A stretch of 64,000 nt of DNA, taken from Basidiobolus meristosporus CBS 931.73 (Eukaryota; Fungi; Basidiobolomycota). The translations under genes and the position numbers were made by a program. Shown here piece after piece: positions 38,859 through 52,670 of this stretch (position 1 is the stretch's first letter; each line of letters begins with the position of its first letter). A model generated the notes under the pieces. That model made no database searches. It saw nothing but the letters and a program-made list of their open reading frames with translations, and was not told the DNA's origin. The stretch covers positions 117,023-181,022 of the forward strand of contig MCFE01000078.1 in the NCBI GenBank assembly GCA_002104905.1, written 5' to 3'.

Positions 38859-39665
38859 TCAAGCCTTGTTGAACTTTTCAGTGAATTTGTTAACTGTGCA
38901 GTGATTGTAAGAATACCAACTGGCGTCATTACGGTTGCAGTACTGGGAAGTCTTGTTGTATCCGCCCACTGACATCCATGTACCAACACCGTTGTTAGTG
39001 ATTCCGTAGCCCCAGCATTGGGATTGGTCAACTTGTGTGAAGTCCATGTAGAAGCCGAAGTTGGGGTAGTTGAAGTCATCATCCAGCACGCGGTAGGTCA
39101 TTTCACTGAAGATCCCGGCGGCCATTTGGTTAGTTGGATTCAATATCTTTTGGACCATCTGGTAATCCGATAGCAAGTTGTAGCGGCCAAAGTTGCGTCC
39201 TCGAATGCTGCTGACGAGCTGCCATTCACTTCCGTCCTTGACATAGGTGGTGAATACGGCATCATTGTGAATGAATTCAAGATCAAGTCGGAGGCGGTAC
39301 TGAACCCCAGCGCGCCAATCGAATGGGATACCAGCATTGATCCAGCCAGAGCCGGTGGAATCTCCATTTTCACCCACTTTCACCAGCTCCACCGAGGTGT
39401 CACCCCCGTTGTTATTCATCCAGAACCTGAGTGATTTTTTGTCGTTATAGTCGTTGGCAAGGTAGAAGCTGCCGATGTTGAAGTGGAAAGCGACCCACTG
39501 AGCTGACTGGACATCATAGCCTTGCGGGACCTCGAGGTTGGTCTCGACTCTGACAATGGGTGGAATATTACCCTCCGGGAAGTAGACGTAGTTCAGCAGA
39601 TTCGATGCCTTTGCCAGCATCGGCAGGATGGTAATGGCACCGGCGAGGATAGTCTTGAACAGCAT
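38859..39665 (-). CDS. Secreted 268-aa DUF3472-like protein, copy 2
   Basis: Three substitutions versus copy 1, all near the C-terminus. Confidence 0.8.
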   Translation of the reverse strand: MLFKTILAGAITILPMLAKASNLLNYVYFPEGNIPPIVRVETNLEVPQGYDVQSAQWVAFHFNIGSFYLANDYNDKKSLRFWMNNNGGDTSVELVKVGENGDSTGSGWINAGIPFDWRAGVQYRLRLDLEFIHNDAVFTTYVKDGSEWQLVSSIRGRNFGRYNLLSDYQMVQKILNPTNQMAAGIFSEMTYRVLDDDFNYPNFGFYMDFTQVDQSQCWGYGITNNGVGTWMSVGGYNKTSQYCNRNDASWYSYNHCTVNKFTEKFNKA

Positions 39666-42600
39666 TTTGATGGTGCTTGATTATCCTCGTCGACGAGTTT
39701 ATATATACGAGTCCTAATGCGATGGCTTCCGTTTATGACTTTGGATCTATTCATGCCCTTGTCTAGAAGATGAACCGTCAATGCCGTTATCAGGCTGTTT
39801 ATCAGAACGAGCTCTTGGAAGGGAATAAATCCTCACCTATCTGCCTGAATTAATCAGAGATCATTGTTCGGAAACTTCCTTCCGTGTGATTAGCAACATT
39901 CTAATGTCCAACTTTGGGCACTCTTCTACGTAGATTATGCGCCTTGGAATTTCTCTGGATTACCACCCCTTCCAGCTTATCTTTGTTACATATAAATAAC
40001 GAGAGTCGTTGCCATCACTGGAGGAGAATTGAGCACTCCATATGGAGGACAGTGGTCCAAGGACTCGGATGTTTTCCATGTATGATCATTAGTAAATATA
40101 TCTGCGATAAATTAAGCAATTGATTCCAGATCTGTGATTGAGTAGGAAATAATTTCTTGATTCATCAAGCAATAATTTGTGAAAATGCCTAGACTTCTGC
40201 AGTAAAAACCCATCTCCAGCTCGCTAATCGGGAAAAGCTATTCCAAATCACGAAAATTAGAGTGAGCCATCCCAATTGAAACCAGTCGGAATAGATTGCC
40301 CTAATTCGATGTGATGCTGAATGAAACGGGCAAGTGTTTGGCTTTCATTGCTCATCAGTAAAGCTCCGATTGTTCTATATGCTGTGATACCCAACTTCAT
40401 AAATATATTAGAAATCAATCGAACGTCCTCTTAGAGGTTTAGGAGAGTTGCAGAAGGACGGAATGGTGATAACTTCTTCAAAGCTTAAAATGGCCAGGAA
40501 GCTTTGAATGTACCCTTCTATGGCGCATTTCTTATTTGTTTTTCTCAAAAATAGCTTCACATGTTTGCACCTTATTCTTGTCCCGAAAAGTGAAAATACT
40601 CCTAAATCGCATGGCAACCGCCAACATTCACATTATCCAGAAGACACACACTACACTCTCAACTTCCATGTAGTACTTTGCAGATGAAATAAACATCAAT
40701 TGACTAGGCAGTGAGTGAGACTGATCAGCAATAGAAGCTCATCCTTTAGCAGACACTAAGAAATCATTATCACACCCGCAATTTAGTATTGAAGGCATGA
40801 AGTATATGCAAATTGGTACATGTGTTATAAGCAATCGGGTATTGCACCCTCCACATGTTGTTTGATCCGTAGAAAATATTGCCATTGCTAAAACCTGAAA
40901 TCGGCTTTAAATTGATTGCTCCAGTTGTTTTACATACAGACGTTAAGTGAGCGATCCATGTTCTTTTGCGGCTCGGCGACACCTCCCACCATCATTGTAG
41001 CAAACTAGCCTGATCTGTGATGGCAAAGGTTGGAAAACTACAGATTACTTGGGAGCAATGTGCTTCAAAAGAGAGCGCCCGTGGCTAACCCGGCTGAGTT
41101 TACCATGTTCCTTACCAGGATGGTGCAAGCATTTCTTGCCCAATCGATGCTCAAGGTGGAGATTGTCCAGTTAAGACCAATATGGTACTTTTGGCACTTA
41201 ACTCCTTGACTAGGTTGCGATTTGTTCGACTAGCAATACCATGAAGCTATTTAGTGGTGTTCAAGAAATCCCCATCATACTTCCTGGAAGCAGATTTGAA
41301 ACAGGATTAACAAAGTTAGTCTGGTCCACTTTGGTCTCAATTGCGCCTACGCAAGTAGCTATCCATATTTCATGGTGGAGGTAGTCAAAATGGCTCAAGA
41401 AGCAAGGGGAGATAAACCCAACAAGGCTGCAATGGTATGACAGTACTCCTGTACAATCAATAACAGCTTGAAACAGAACTAGACCCAGGTTGCTCCGAGA
41501 CGCCGCCGACTCCTAAGGCCACCTGAAACAGTCGAGCCATTAGTAACAATAGCATGGGCCTAGACCATAAAGACCAAAATAGTCTGCCTCCATTAGCTTG
41601 GAATCAACGCATGGACCTGGCAGAAATATGCGGATCACCCCGCCACTCATACAGCAACTGATTAGCCTGTTTAGTTCAATAATAATCGCAGTGAGCTTGT
41701 TTGCTTCGATACAGCTCGTGATTAGCTTAATTTTCCGGACAAAATGATGATAAACTTCCGTACTGGATGCCACCCATCGAAATCCGCTACACACTGTCCT
41801 GGATTACTATCCTTGGAATATCTGGCCGAATCTTTTGCTAATCTCAAAATGGCACGCTGTAAAATTATTTCAACCTGAACCCGGCCCGAAGTTTTATCAT
41901 CTGGATTCTGTTAGCCAAGTCACGTTATTTCCGCAACCGGGATCTCATAAGTTGGGAGTGGCCATTTATGATTGGTATGCATGCTGATGAAAGCCCGAAC
42001 TATCGCACATGTCAACACTACCCTTTGAACTTGGGAAAAATGACATTTGGAGTCTGGTAGTCAATCGTATGCTTTCTATAGTGTGGCTTTTATTTCTGGC
42101 GAAAATTATTAAGTTATACGTTTAAACGGGCCATCTCAGCGTAGCGATAAGAAGGTTGAGGTCATATGGCTGCTCGGCTATATCGTGTGAGCTAGTGGTG
42201 TTCTGGAAGAATATGAAAAATTAAACTAGCCTATGTTAACACACAGATTTAAAGCGTTAGCATTATCATAGGTGGCTACCATGTAATAATGCGCTTGCAG
42301 TGCATGTTGAGTTGGGGATGTGAAATATAAGCACATGAAGTCTTTAGGGGGATGCTAATCACTAATTGTTAAGATGTTTATTTCAATCAATAAGATCAAC
42401 GAAGTCTGGTATCATTGAGGTATTTCTTTACAAGTAAATGCAGAGATAAATGGTGATGAGAAAGCTGATTTAGAATATTGTACGAGCGAAGTGACCTGCA
42501 ATAGAAACAGTACAAGACCCAAATGATGACCAAAGATTGACAAACTACCATAAACTCAACTTACTTGAATATTAGGAATAAGCTGCTAATTTAATGCTCA

Positions 42601-43071
42601 GGGGACAAGACCAAAAAGAATGCATGAAATGCAATGGAAGAAACCTGTCATTCATGACCACCGCAAGCTGAGAGCCATATAGTCATACTTCTATTGTATA
42701 ATATATTAAGCCCGAAAACGCTTATTTAACGATTCACTCGCAAAGGCATTATCATTTAGCAATACTTTATCTCCATATTGGTGATTGTATCTCTGGTGTA
42801 TAGAAGCTACAGAACCTTCTGGGTAGCGGAACACATGCTTGGAAATCTACGCTTGGCATACTTGTTTCAGCGCACACCATTGTTAATGATCCCAGAATTC
42901 ATTCGACCGTGGTGATTTGTGACTTCCATATCAAGCGTTATCTGGAGGCGAGAATTGAGAATGGCTTATCTGCGCATTCTGCACTTAATAATGACGGGTT
43001 AGGATGAAAAATATGCGCAATGGAACGCGGAAAAACAAATAATCAGAGTCGAAGCCTCGATGGTTATCAAA

Positions 43072-45201
43072 ATGAGGTCTACTGTAGCGCTGGTGGCCAG
43101 CGTAATATTTCTCATCAATGTTGAGGCACTACTGCAGTCACAACTAAATAATGACAGTGACTTGTCACTATTACCACCTACATCCATTGATCAGGTCGAC
43201 ATCGGTTCTGGAGAAGCACAGCAGTCATTGATACCAACAGATAGATATACACCCGTGCTAATCAAGCAGATGCAGACAGGTATATGCTCTACGCCACCAG
43301 TCCCCGAAGCTTACATCTCAATCAAGCAAAGACCCACCTCCAAAAGTACGAAAGAAAGCCCAACAGGGAGCACCTTCGCATCCAATCACCTTACTCCCAC
43401 ATCTAAATTGCGGCTAGTACCCATGCATTTGGTGCAGAAGACTGAATGTTCTCAGCCACCGATACCCTCAACACAAGTCTCTAAGCCTCATCCCACCTTG
43501 AACAAATCAAGTAGGAGGGTGAGTGCTAAAACTAAATCCAAAGCGTCACCAATACGGACACATTCGGTGCCGACAGGCGAATGCTCTCAACCACCGGAAC
43601 CTACAACGTATTCTTCCACTAGGAAAGCAATTAACGAGAAGAGAACACGTGCAAGGGCAACTGTAGTTCATACAAGTTCCGGGCAGCGGAGCGAATACTC
43701 TCAGCCACCAGCGCCTCCAACGTATGCCTCCATTAATCCTAGACCTACTGCAAAGAGCACTAACGTACTGGAATCCAGAAGCAACATTGAATCCAAGCAT
43801 GTTACTTCTACAACCAGGGTGTTACTAGTACCAAATCACTCAGGACAGCAAAGCGAATGCTCACAGCCACCCGCTCCCCCAACGTATATCCCCTTTAGGC
43901 CTAGACCTAACGTGAAGATCACTCAAGCAACGGCAATAGAGAGCAAAGTCAATTCCATGCACCCAAATTCTACTTCAAAGGCCTCACTAGTAAACACGCG
44001 ATCCGAGTAACAGACCAGCTGCTCACAGCCATCTGCTCCCCCAGCATATACTTCCATTAAGCCTGGCAGCTGAGATCACTCAGGGAAGAGTACCAGGGAG
44101 TGAAGTCAATTTCAGGCATGCTTCTTCTGTGTTCAAGACTTCAGTGGTGCCCACGCATTCTGCGCAGCAGAGCGAATGTTCATCACCGCCCGCTCCCCCG
44201 ACGTATGCTTCCATTAAGCCTACACCTATCGCAAAGAGCGCTTAGAGAATAGCAGCAGAAAGTATAATTGATTCCAAGTATGCTTCTTCTACGTCCCACA
44301 CTTCGCTTGTGCCCACGCATTTGGTGCAGCCGAGCAAATGTTCACCGCCACTCGCTCCCGCAACGTATACCTCCTTTAAACTTGGACCTACTGCAAAGAG
44401 CGCTCAGCAAAGGGTAAAAGGGAGCGAAACCAATTAGAGGCATGTTGCTCCTGCATCCAAAGCACCACTAGTACCCACGCACTCGGGGCAGCAATGTGAA
44501 TGTTCACAGCCACCTGCTCCCCCAACATATACCTCCTTTAAGTCTATACCTACCGTAAAAAGCACCCAAACAAGCGCAACAGAGAGCGAAGTCGGCTACA
44601 TACACGCATCTCCTACTTCAACGGCCTCACTAGTATCCACGCATTCTGAGCATCAGACCAACTGCTCGCAGCCACCCGCTCCCCCAATTTACAATTCCGT
44701 TAAATCTGGAGCTACTGCAAAGAGTACTCAGGCAAAGGTAACTGGCAGTGATAACAATCCGAAGCGTGCTACTTCTACATCCAAAGCGCCAATAGTGCCC
44801 ACGCATACAGGGATGCAAACCGAATGCTCACAGCCACCTGCACCCCCAATTAAGCCTGAAACTACCGTTAAGGACTCACAATTAAGGGCAACCACATACG
44901 AAAGCGAGATTGCTTTTACGTCCGAAGGGAAATTGGTAGCTGGACCTTCAATTACGCAAAGGGAAAGCGCTCAATCTACTTTGCCCTCAGCACATGCCAC
45001 TGGACCTGCTATGAAGAGCCCGGTGACAGGACCACCACTATTTCTACGCCCAAAGTGACATCAATGCCGACACATTCAGTACAGGATAGCCAATGCTCCC
45101 AACCACGAACACCACCAACATACGTTGCTGAGCCGTCCCCTAGAAGCGCTAGTGAGAGGTCCAAAGCTAGTAATAGCAGTACGCTGCATCCAAAGCAATA
45201 A
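43072..45201 (+). pseudogene. 54-aa tandem-repeat protein, copy 3 (pseudogene)
   Basis: In-frame TAA at 44008-44010, further stops and deletions downstream; homology continues to the terminal ...LHPKQ-TAA at 45199-45201. Confidence 0.85.
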
Positions 45202-45653
45202 TGTTCACACTTCTTGTGCAGAAATGTGCATGATCTCAGTCATGTTTACCCGAGCAAACACTTCTGCTGAACTTGATTGTACATATAGTTGGCCATGCCC
45301 ATCACTGTTGCAGAAATGAAGGGTACAGAAAAAGCGATTCAATAAATACACCAAGCCATTTCAGGATATTAACTAACTACTTCGTCAACGATGTGCTGCG
45401 TGCCATTTGAGGAAACAATACGTGGTGTGGGTTATGTTGATTGATCCCAAAATACAGGTTTTCCTAAGATATCCAAGCGAAATGGAGTTGAGTGATTAAT
45501 CGACATCCGTGTCTCTCATTGGTCATGGGCTAAGTGATGGGTGATCAGTGTCTCGTTGAGCATGCACTGGGTAATGGAGTAATTCAGGGCGATTAATAAT
45601 TGATATCTAGTGTTTATTAATGATTGATGTACAGAGTATATATTGGTGGAAAT

Positions 45654-46460
45654 TCAAGCTTGGTTGAACTTTTCGGTGAATTTGTTAACTGTGCAGTGAT
45701 TGTAAGAGTACCAACTGGCGTCATTACGGTTGCAGTACTGGGAAGTCTTGTTGTATCCGCCCACTGACATCCATGTACCAACACCGTTGTCAGTGATTCC
45801 GTAGCCCCAGCATTGGGATTGGTCAACTTGTGTGAAGTCCATGTAGAAGCCGAAGTTGGGGTAGTTGAAGTCATCATCCAGCACGCGGTAGGTCATTTCA
45901 CTGAAGATCCCGGCGGCCATTTGGTTAGTTGGATTCAATATCTTTTGGACCATCTGGTAATCCGATAGCAAGTTGTAGCGGCCAAAGTTGCGTCCTCGAA
46001 TGCTGCTGACGAGCTGCCATTCACTTCCGTCCTTGACATAGGTGGTGAATACGGCATCATTGTGAATGAATTCAAGATCAAGTCGGAGGCGGTACTGAAC
46101 CCCAGCGCGCCAATCGAATGGGATACCAGCATTGATCCAGCCAGAGCTGGTGGAATCTCCATCTTCACCCACTTTCACCAGCTCCACCGAAGTGTCACCC
46201 CCGTTGTTATTCATCCAGAACCTGAGTGATTTTTTGTCGTTATAGTCGTTGGCAAGGTAGAAGCTGCCGATGTTGAAGTGAAATGCGACCCACTGAGCTG
46301 ACTGGACATCATAGCCTTGCGGGACCTCAAGGTTGGTCTCGACTCTGACAATGGGTGGAATATTACCCTCCGGGAAGTAGACGTAGTTCAGCAGATTCGA
46401 TGCCTTTGCCAGCATCGGCAGGATGGTAATGGCACCGGCGAGGATAGTCTTGAACAGCAT
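45654..46460 (-). CDS. Secreted 268-aa DUF3472-like protein, copy 3
   Basis: Intact ORF with only a few substitutions relative to the other copies. Confidence 0.8.
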   Translation of the reverse strand: MLFKTILAGAITILPMLAKASNLLNYVYFPEGNIPPIVRVETNLEVPQGYDVQSAQWVAFHFNIGSFYLANDYNDKKSLRFWMNNNGGDTSVELVKVGEDGDSTSSGWINAGIPFDWRAGVQYRLRLDLEFIHNDAVFTTYVKDGSEWQLVSSIRGRNFGRYNLLSDYQMVQKILNPTNQMAAGIFSEMTYRVLDDDFNYPNFGFYMDFTQVDQSQCWGYGITDNGVGTWMSVGGYNKTSQYCNRNDASWYSYNHCTVNKFTEKFNQA

Positions 46461-49400
46461 TTTGATGGTGCTTGATTATCCTCGTCGACGAGTTTATATA
46501 TACGAGTCCTAATGCGATGGCTTCCGTATACAACTTTGGATCTATTCATGCCCTTGTCTAGAAGATAATCCGTCAATGCCGTTATCCGGCTACTTATCAA
46601 ATCAAGCACCTGGCAGGGCATAAATCCTCACCTATCTGCCTGAATTAATCCGTGATCATTGTTCGGAAACTTCCCTCCATGTGATTAGCTACCTTCCAAA
46701 GTCCAATTTGGGCACTTTATACGTATATTTCAGGTGTTTTCATTTTGTTGGACTGCCCCATATTCTAGCTTATCTTTGCACCACACAAGTAACGAGAACC
46801 ATCGCCATCACTCGAGAAGAATTGAGCACTCCATATGGAGGAGTGGTCCAAGGACTTGAATGTTTTCCATTTATGATCATTAGTAAATATATCTGCGATA
46901 AATTAAGCAATTGATTCCAGATCCGTGATAGAGTAGGAAATTCTTATCTGATTCACTGAGCAATCATTTGCGAAAAAGCCCAGACTTCTGCAGGAAAAAT
47001 TCCATCTCGAGCTTACTAATCGGGAAAAGCTATTCCAAACAACGAAAATTAGAGTGAGCTATCACAGTTGAAACCAGTCGGAATAGACTACCCTAATTCG
47101 ATGTGATGCTGAATGAAACGTGCAAGTGTTTGGCTTTCATTGCTCATCAGTAAAGCACCGATTGTTCTATATGCTGTGATACCCAACTTCCTAAATATAT
47201 TAGAAATCAATCGAACGTCCTCTTAGAGGTTTAGGAGAGTTGCAGAAGGACGGAATGGTGATGACTTCTTCAAAGCTTTAAATGGCCAGGAAGCTTTGGA
47301 TGTACCCTTTTGGCGCATTTCTTATTTGTTTTTCTTAAAAATAGCTTCCCTAAATTACGGTGTAACCACCAATATTCACATTGTTCAGATGACATACGCT
47401 GTACTCTCAACCTCTATGTAGTACACTGCAGTTGAATTGAAACATCAATTTACTAGCCGTTGAGTGAGACTGATCAGCATGAGAAACCTACTCTTCAGCA
47501 AACAGAACTGGACCCTGTTACTCTGGGACACTTGCGAACCCTACGGCCGCTTGGAACGGATAACTCAATATCAACAATAGTATGGGCCTAGACCATAAAA
47601 ACCAAATTAGTCTGCCTCCATTAGCTTGGATTCAACGCATGGACCTGGCAGAAATGCGCGGATCACCCCACCACTCATACAGCAACTGATTAGCCTGTTT
47701 AGTTCAATAACAATCGCAGTGAGCTTGTTTGCTTCGATACAGCTCGTGATTAGCTTAATTTTCCGGACACAATGATGATAAACTTCCGTACTGGATGCCA
47801 CCCATCGAAATCCGCTACACACTGTCCTGGATTACTATCCTTGGAATATCTGGCCGAATCTTTTGCTAATCTCAACAAGGCGCGCTGTAAGATTATTTCA
47901 ACCTGAACCCGGCCCGAAGTTTTATCATCTGGATTCTGTTAGCCAAGTCACGTTATTTCCGCAATCGGGATCTCATAAGTTGGGAGTGGCCATTTATGAT
48001 TGGTATGCATGCTGATGAAAGCCCGAACTATCGCACATGTCAACACTACCCTTTGAACTTGGGAAAAATGACATTTGGAGTCCGGTAGTCTATCTTATGC
48101 GTTCTACAGTGTGGCTTTGACTTTTGGCAAAAGCTAGTATGTTGTACATTCATATGAACCGTCTCAGAGTAGTGTTGAAAAATTAGAGGAAGGTCAATCG
48201 GCTATTCGGTCATATTGTTTGTGTGGGTGGGGTGTTTTGGAAGTATGAGAAATTGAACTAGTATTTGTTAACCTATGAATTCAACGCATTAGCATTATCA
48301 TAGGTGATTGCTATATAGCAATGCGCCTCCAGAGCATGTTCAGGTGGGGATGTGAAACAAATGTACATGAAGTCTTTAGGGGGATGGTAATCACTAAGCG
48401 GTAAGATATTAATTTCAATCAATAAGACCAAGGAAGTCCGATATCATAGAGGTGTTTCTTTACAAATAAATGCAGTAATAATTGTGGTGAGAAAGCTTAT
48501 TTAAATTGTGGTAAGACCAAAGTGTCCTGCAAGAGACACAGTATAAGACGCAAATTATGACCAAAGATAGGCAAACTGCCATAAACTCAACTTACTTGAA
48601 TACTAGGAATAAATTGCTAATTTAATACTCCGGGGACAAGACCAAAAAAATGCATGAAATGCAATGGAAGAAACTTGCCATTCAGGATCAGCGGCTAACA
48701 AGATGCTTTAAAGATGAAAATTCCTCACAACTCAGATGCTCCCAAGCAATGCGCTCAAGAACATAATAGGAAGAATCCATGTGGATGCAAATCATTATCG
48801 AAGAAGTGGCATTTACATTCCTAGATAATATGGCAACCAAAATTGAGATATACAGAAGCACATGGTACTATTAGTATTGCATAGCATTGTGCAAGAACAC
48901 AGACTCTGTAAGTGATGAGTCTGGTAAGGAAATAACTTCAGTTTGGAATATGCATTACGGATGCCCATTTGCGAAAAACCATAAATACAAGACAACCTGC
49001 TTTCATTTGGCTGCAAAAATATTTTGTCTTCCGCAAGCACTATCTTCCCACCGCGATGTGCAAAATACATTTTGTTGTATTGCTTCTGTACAAGCTGAGT
49101 TATATAGTCGTACTTCTATTATACAATACATTAAGCCCGAAAATCCCCACAGTATAATTCACTCGCAGCTTACTTGGATCGAACCATTCCACTTTGATTA
49201 GATCCAATTACAAGAACTTTGAAGTGTCCATATCATAGCACCACTATTGAAGGATAGTGCATCATGCTGCTGATTGTTATGGAATAGTGTTACATGGTAG
49301 ATTCACTCCCAATGAGCCTGTTCCAAAACGGTTCTCAATCGTAACTTGACTAAAGATAGTATGGGCATTCGTTCATTGCTTTATCCCTGTGATCAGTACA

Positions 49401-49729
49401 TGGCATTATCAATTTAGTAATGCTTGATCTCCATATTGATGATTGTATCTCTGATGTTAGAAGCTACAGAACCTTCTGGGTAGCGGAACACATGCTTGGA
49501 AATCTACGCTTGGCATACTTGTTTCAGCGCACACCATTGTTGATGATCCCAGAATTCATTCGACCGTGGTGATTAGTGACTTCCATATCAAGCGTTATCT
49601 GGAGGTGAGAATTGAGAATGGCTTATCTGCGTTTTCTGCATTTAATATTGACGGGTTAGGATGAAGAATATGCACAATGGAACGCGGAAAAAACATATAA
49701 TCAGAGTTGGAGCCTTGATGGTCATCAAA

Positions 49730-52213
49730 ATGAGGTCTACTGTCGCGCTGGTAGCCAGCGTATTATTTCTCATCAGTGTTGAGGCACTACCGCAGTCACA
49801 ACTAAATAATGACAGTGGCTTGCCATTATTGCCACCTACATCCATTAATCAGGTCGACATCGGTTCTGGAGAAGCACAGCAGTCATCGATATCAACAGAT
49901 AGATATACACCTGTGCCAACCAAGCTGGTGAAGACAGGTATATGCTCTGCGCCACCAGTCCCCGCAGCTTACACCTCAATCAAGCAAAGACCCACCTCCA
50001 AAAGTACGAAAGAAAGCCCAACAGGGAGCACCTTCGCATCCAATCACCTTACTCCCACATCTAAATTGCGGCTAGTAACCACGCATTCGGTGCAGAAAAG
50101 CGAATGCTCTCAACCACCGATACCCTCAACACACGCCGCTGAGCCTCAACCTGCCTTGAACAAATCAAGCAGGAGGGTGAGTGCTACAACTGCATCCGAA
50201 GCGTCACCAATACGAACACATTCGGCGCCGACAAGCGAATGCTCTCAACCACCGGAACCTCAAACGTATTCTTCCACCAGGACAACAAATACCGAGAAGA
50301 GCACACGTGCGAGGGCAACAGTTGTGCCCACACATTCTGAGCAGCAGAGCCAATGCTCACAGCCACCAGCGCCTCCAACGTATGCCTCCATTAAATCTAG
50401 ACCTACTGCAAAGAGCATTAATGGGCAGGCGTCCAGAAGTAACATTGATTTAAAACATGCAAATTCTATGTCCAAAGCTTCACTGATGCCCACGCATGCG
50501 GTGCAGCAGAGCGAATGTTCACCGCCGCCCGCTCCCTCAACGTATGCTTCCATTAGGCCTAGACCTTCTGCAAAGAGCGCTCGGGAAAGGGTAACAGGTA
50601 ATGAAATCAATTCGAGGCATGCTGCATCTGCATCTGCATCCGAAGCACCACTAGTACCCACGCACTCGGGGCAGCAAACCGAGTGTTCACAGCCACCTGC
50701 TCCCCCAACGTATACCTCCTTTAAGTCTATACCTACCGTAAAAAGCACTCAAACAAGGGCAACAGAGAGCGAAGTCGGCTCTATACATGCAACTCCTACT
50801 TCAAAAGCCTCACTAGTACACACGCGTTCCGAGCAACACACCAGCCTCTCACAGCCACCTGCTCCCTCAACCTTTACTTCAATTGAGCCTCAACTCACTG
50901 CTAAGAGCGCTCAGGAAACAGTAACAGCGAGTAAAATTAATTCGAAGCATGCTACATCTATATCCAACACACCACCAGTGCCCACACACTCAGAGCAGCA
51001 AACTGAATGCTCACAGCCACCTACACCCCCAACGTATACTTCCGTTAAGCCTCAACCCACTGCTAAGAGCGCTCAGGGAAGAGCCGTACGAAGTGAAATC
51101 GAATCCAGAACTGCTACTTCGGTGTCCAAGGCTTCACTGATGCCCACGGATTCCTCTCAGCAGAGCGAATGTTCACAGCCACCAGCTCCCTCGACGTATA
51201 CTTCTATTAAACCTAGAACTACTGCAAAGAGCACTCAGGAAAGGGTAACAGGGAAGGAAATTAATTCGAAGCATGCTACTTCTACATCCCAAGCGCCACT
51301 AGTGCCAACGCACTCGGGGCAGCAGAGCGACTGCGCACAGCCCCCTACTCCCACATTATATACTACCATTAAGCCTAGGCCTTCTGCAAAGAGCTCTCAG
51401 GGAACGGCAGCAAGGAGTGAAATCAATTCCAGGCATGCTTCTGCGTCCCAGGCTTCACTAGTGCCTACGCATTCGGCGCAGCAGAGCATATGTTCACCGC
51501 CACCCGCTCCCCCAACGTATACTTCAATTAAGCCCAAACCTACTGCCAAGAGCGCTCAGGAAAAGGTAACAGGGAGTAAAATCAATTCGGAGCAGGCTAC
51601 ATCTATATCCAACGCACCACCAGTGCCCACACACTCAGGGCAGCAAACTGAATGCTCACAGCCACCTAGGCCCCCAACGTATACTTCCGTTAAGCCTGGA
51701 CCTACCATAAAGAGCACTCAAGGAGGGGTGACAGGGAATGAAGCCGATACCATGCGCGCTACTTCTACATCGAAAGCGTCACCCGCACCCACCCATTCGG
51801 AGAAGCAGAGCAACTGCTCACAGCCGCCCACTCCACCTACCTATACTTCCATTATGTCTAGACCTACTGCAAAGAGTACTCAGAGAAGGGCCACAGGGAG
51901 TGACATTGGTTCCAGGCATGCCACTTCTACGTCCGAAGGGAAATTGGTGCCTAAACCATCGGTTAAGCAAAGTGAAAGCGCTCAATCTACTTTGCCCTCA
52001 ACACATGCCGCTGGACCTGCTATGAAGAACCCCGGTGACAGGACCACCACTATTTCTACCTCCAAAGTGACATCAATGCCGACACATTCAGTACAGGATA
52101 GCGGATGCTCCCAACCACCTACACCCCCAACATACGTTGCTGAGCCGTCCCCAAGAAACGGCAGTGGGATGTCCAAAGCTAGTAATAGCAATACGCTGCG
52201 TCCAAAGCAATAG
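49730..52213 (+). CDS. Secreted 54-aa tandem-repeat protein, copy 4 (divergent central modules, full-length C-terminus)
   Basis: Same signal peptide and termini; 13 Cys modules; ends PRNGSGMSKASNSNTLRPKQ. Confidence 0.85.
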   Translation: MRSTVALVASVLFLISVEALPQSQLNNDSGLPLLPPTSINQVDIGSGEAQQSSISTDRYTPVPTKLVKTGICSAPPVPAAYTSIKQRPTSKSTKESPTGSTFASNHLTPTSKLRLVTTHSVQKSECSQPPIPSTHAAEPQPALNKSSRRVSATTASEASPIRTHSAPTSECSQPPEPQTYSSTRTTNTEKSTRARATVVPTHSEQQSQCSQPPAPPTYASIKSRPTAKSINGQASRSNIDLKHANSMSKASLMPTHAVQQSECSPPPAPSTYASIRPRPSAKSARERVTGNEINSRHAASASASEAPLVPTHSGQQTECSQPPAPPTYTSFKSIPTVKSTQTRATESEVGSIHATPTSKASLVHTRSEQHTSLSQPPAPSTFTSIEPQLTAKSAQETVTASKINSKHATSISNTPPVPTHSEQQTECSQPPTPPTYTSVKPQPTAKSAQGRAVRSEIESRTATSVSKASLMPTDSSQQSECSQPPAPSTYTSIKPRTTAKSTQERVTGKEINSKHATSTSQAPLVPTHSGQQSDCAQPPTPTLYTTIKPRPSAKSSQGTAARSEINSRHASASQASLVPTHSAQQSICSPPPAPPTYTSIKPKPTAKSAQEKVTGSKINSEQATSISNAPPVPTHSGQQTECSQPPRPPTYTSVKPGPTIKSTQGGVTGNEADTMRATSTSKASPAPTHSEKQSNCSQPPTPPTYTSIMSRPTAKSTQRRATGSDIGSRHATSTSEGKLVPKPSVKQSESAQSTLPSTHAAGPAMKNPGDRTTTISTSKVTSMPTHSVQDSGCSQPPTPPTYVAEPSPRNGSGMSKASNSNTLRPKQ

Positions 52214-52670
52214 TGCTCACGCTCCCTTACTGTGCAGAAAAGTGTATGGTCTCAGCCACCTTTACCCCCATAGACACTTCTGTTGAACTTGAGCGTACGT
52301 TGGAGTGGACTATGTCCATCACTGGTACAGAAATCACGGGTATAGAAAAAACGATTTAATAAATACACCAAGCAATTTTAGGATATTAACTAACTTTTTG
52401 GTCTACGATGTGCTGCGTGCCATTTGAGGAAACAATTCGTGGTGTGGGTTATGTTGATTGATCCCAAATAACCGGTTTTCCTAAGATATCCAAGCGAAAT
52501 GGAGTTGAGTGATTAATCGACATCCGTGTCTCTCATTGGTCATGGGCTAAGTGATGGGTGATCAGTGTCTCGTTGAGCATGCACTGGGTAATGGAGTAAT
52601 TCAGAGTGATTAATAATTGATATCTAGTGTTTATTAATGATTGATGTACAGAGTATATATTGGTGGAAAT

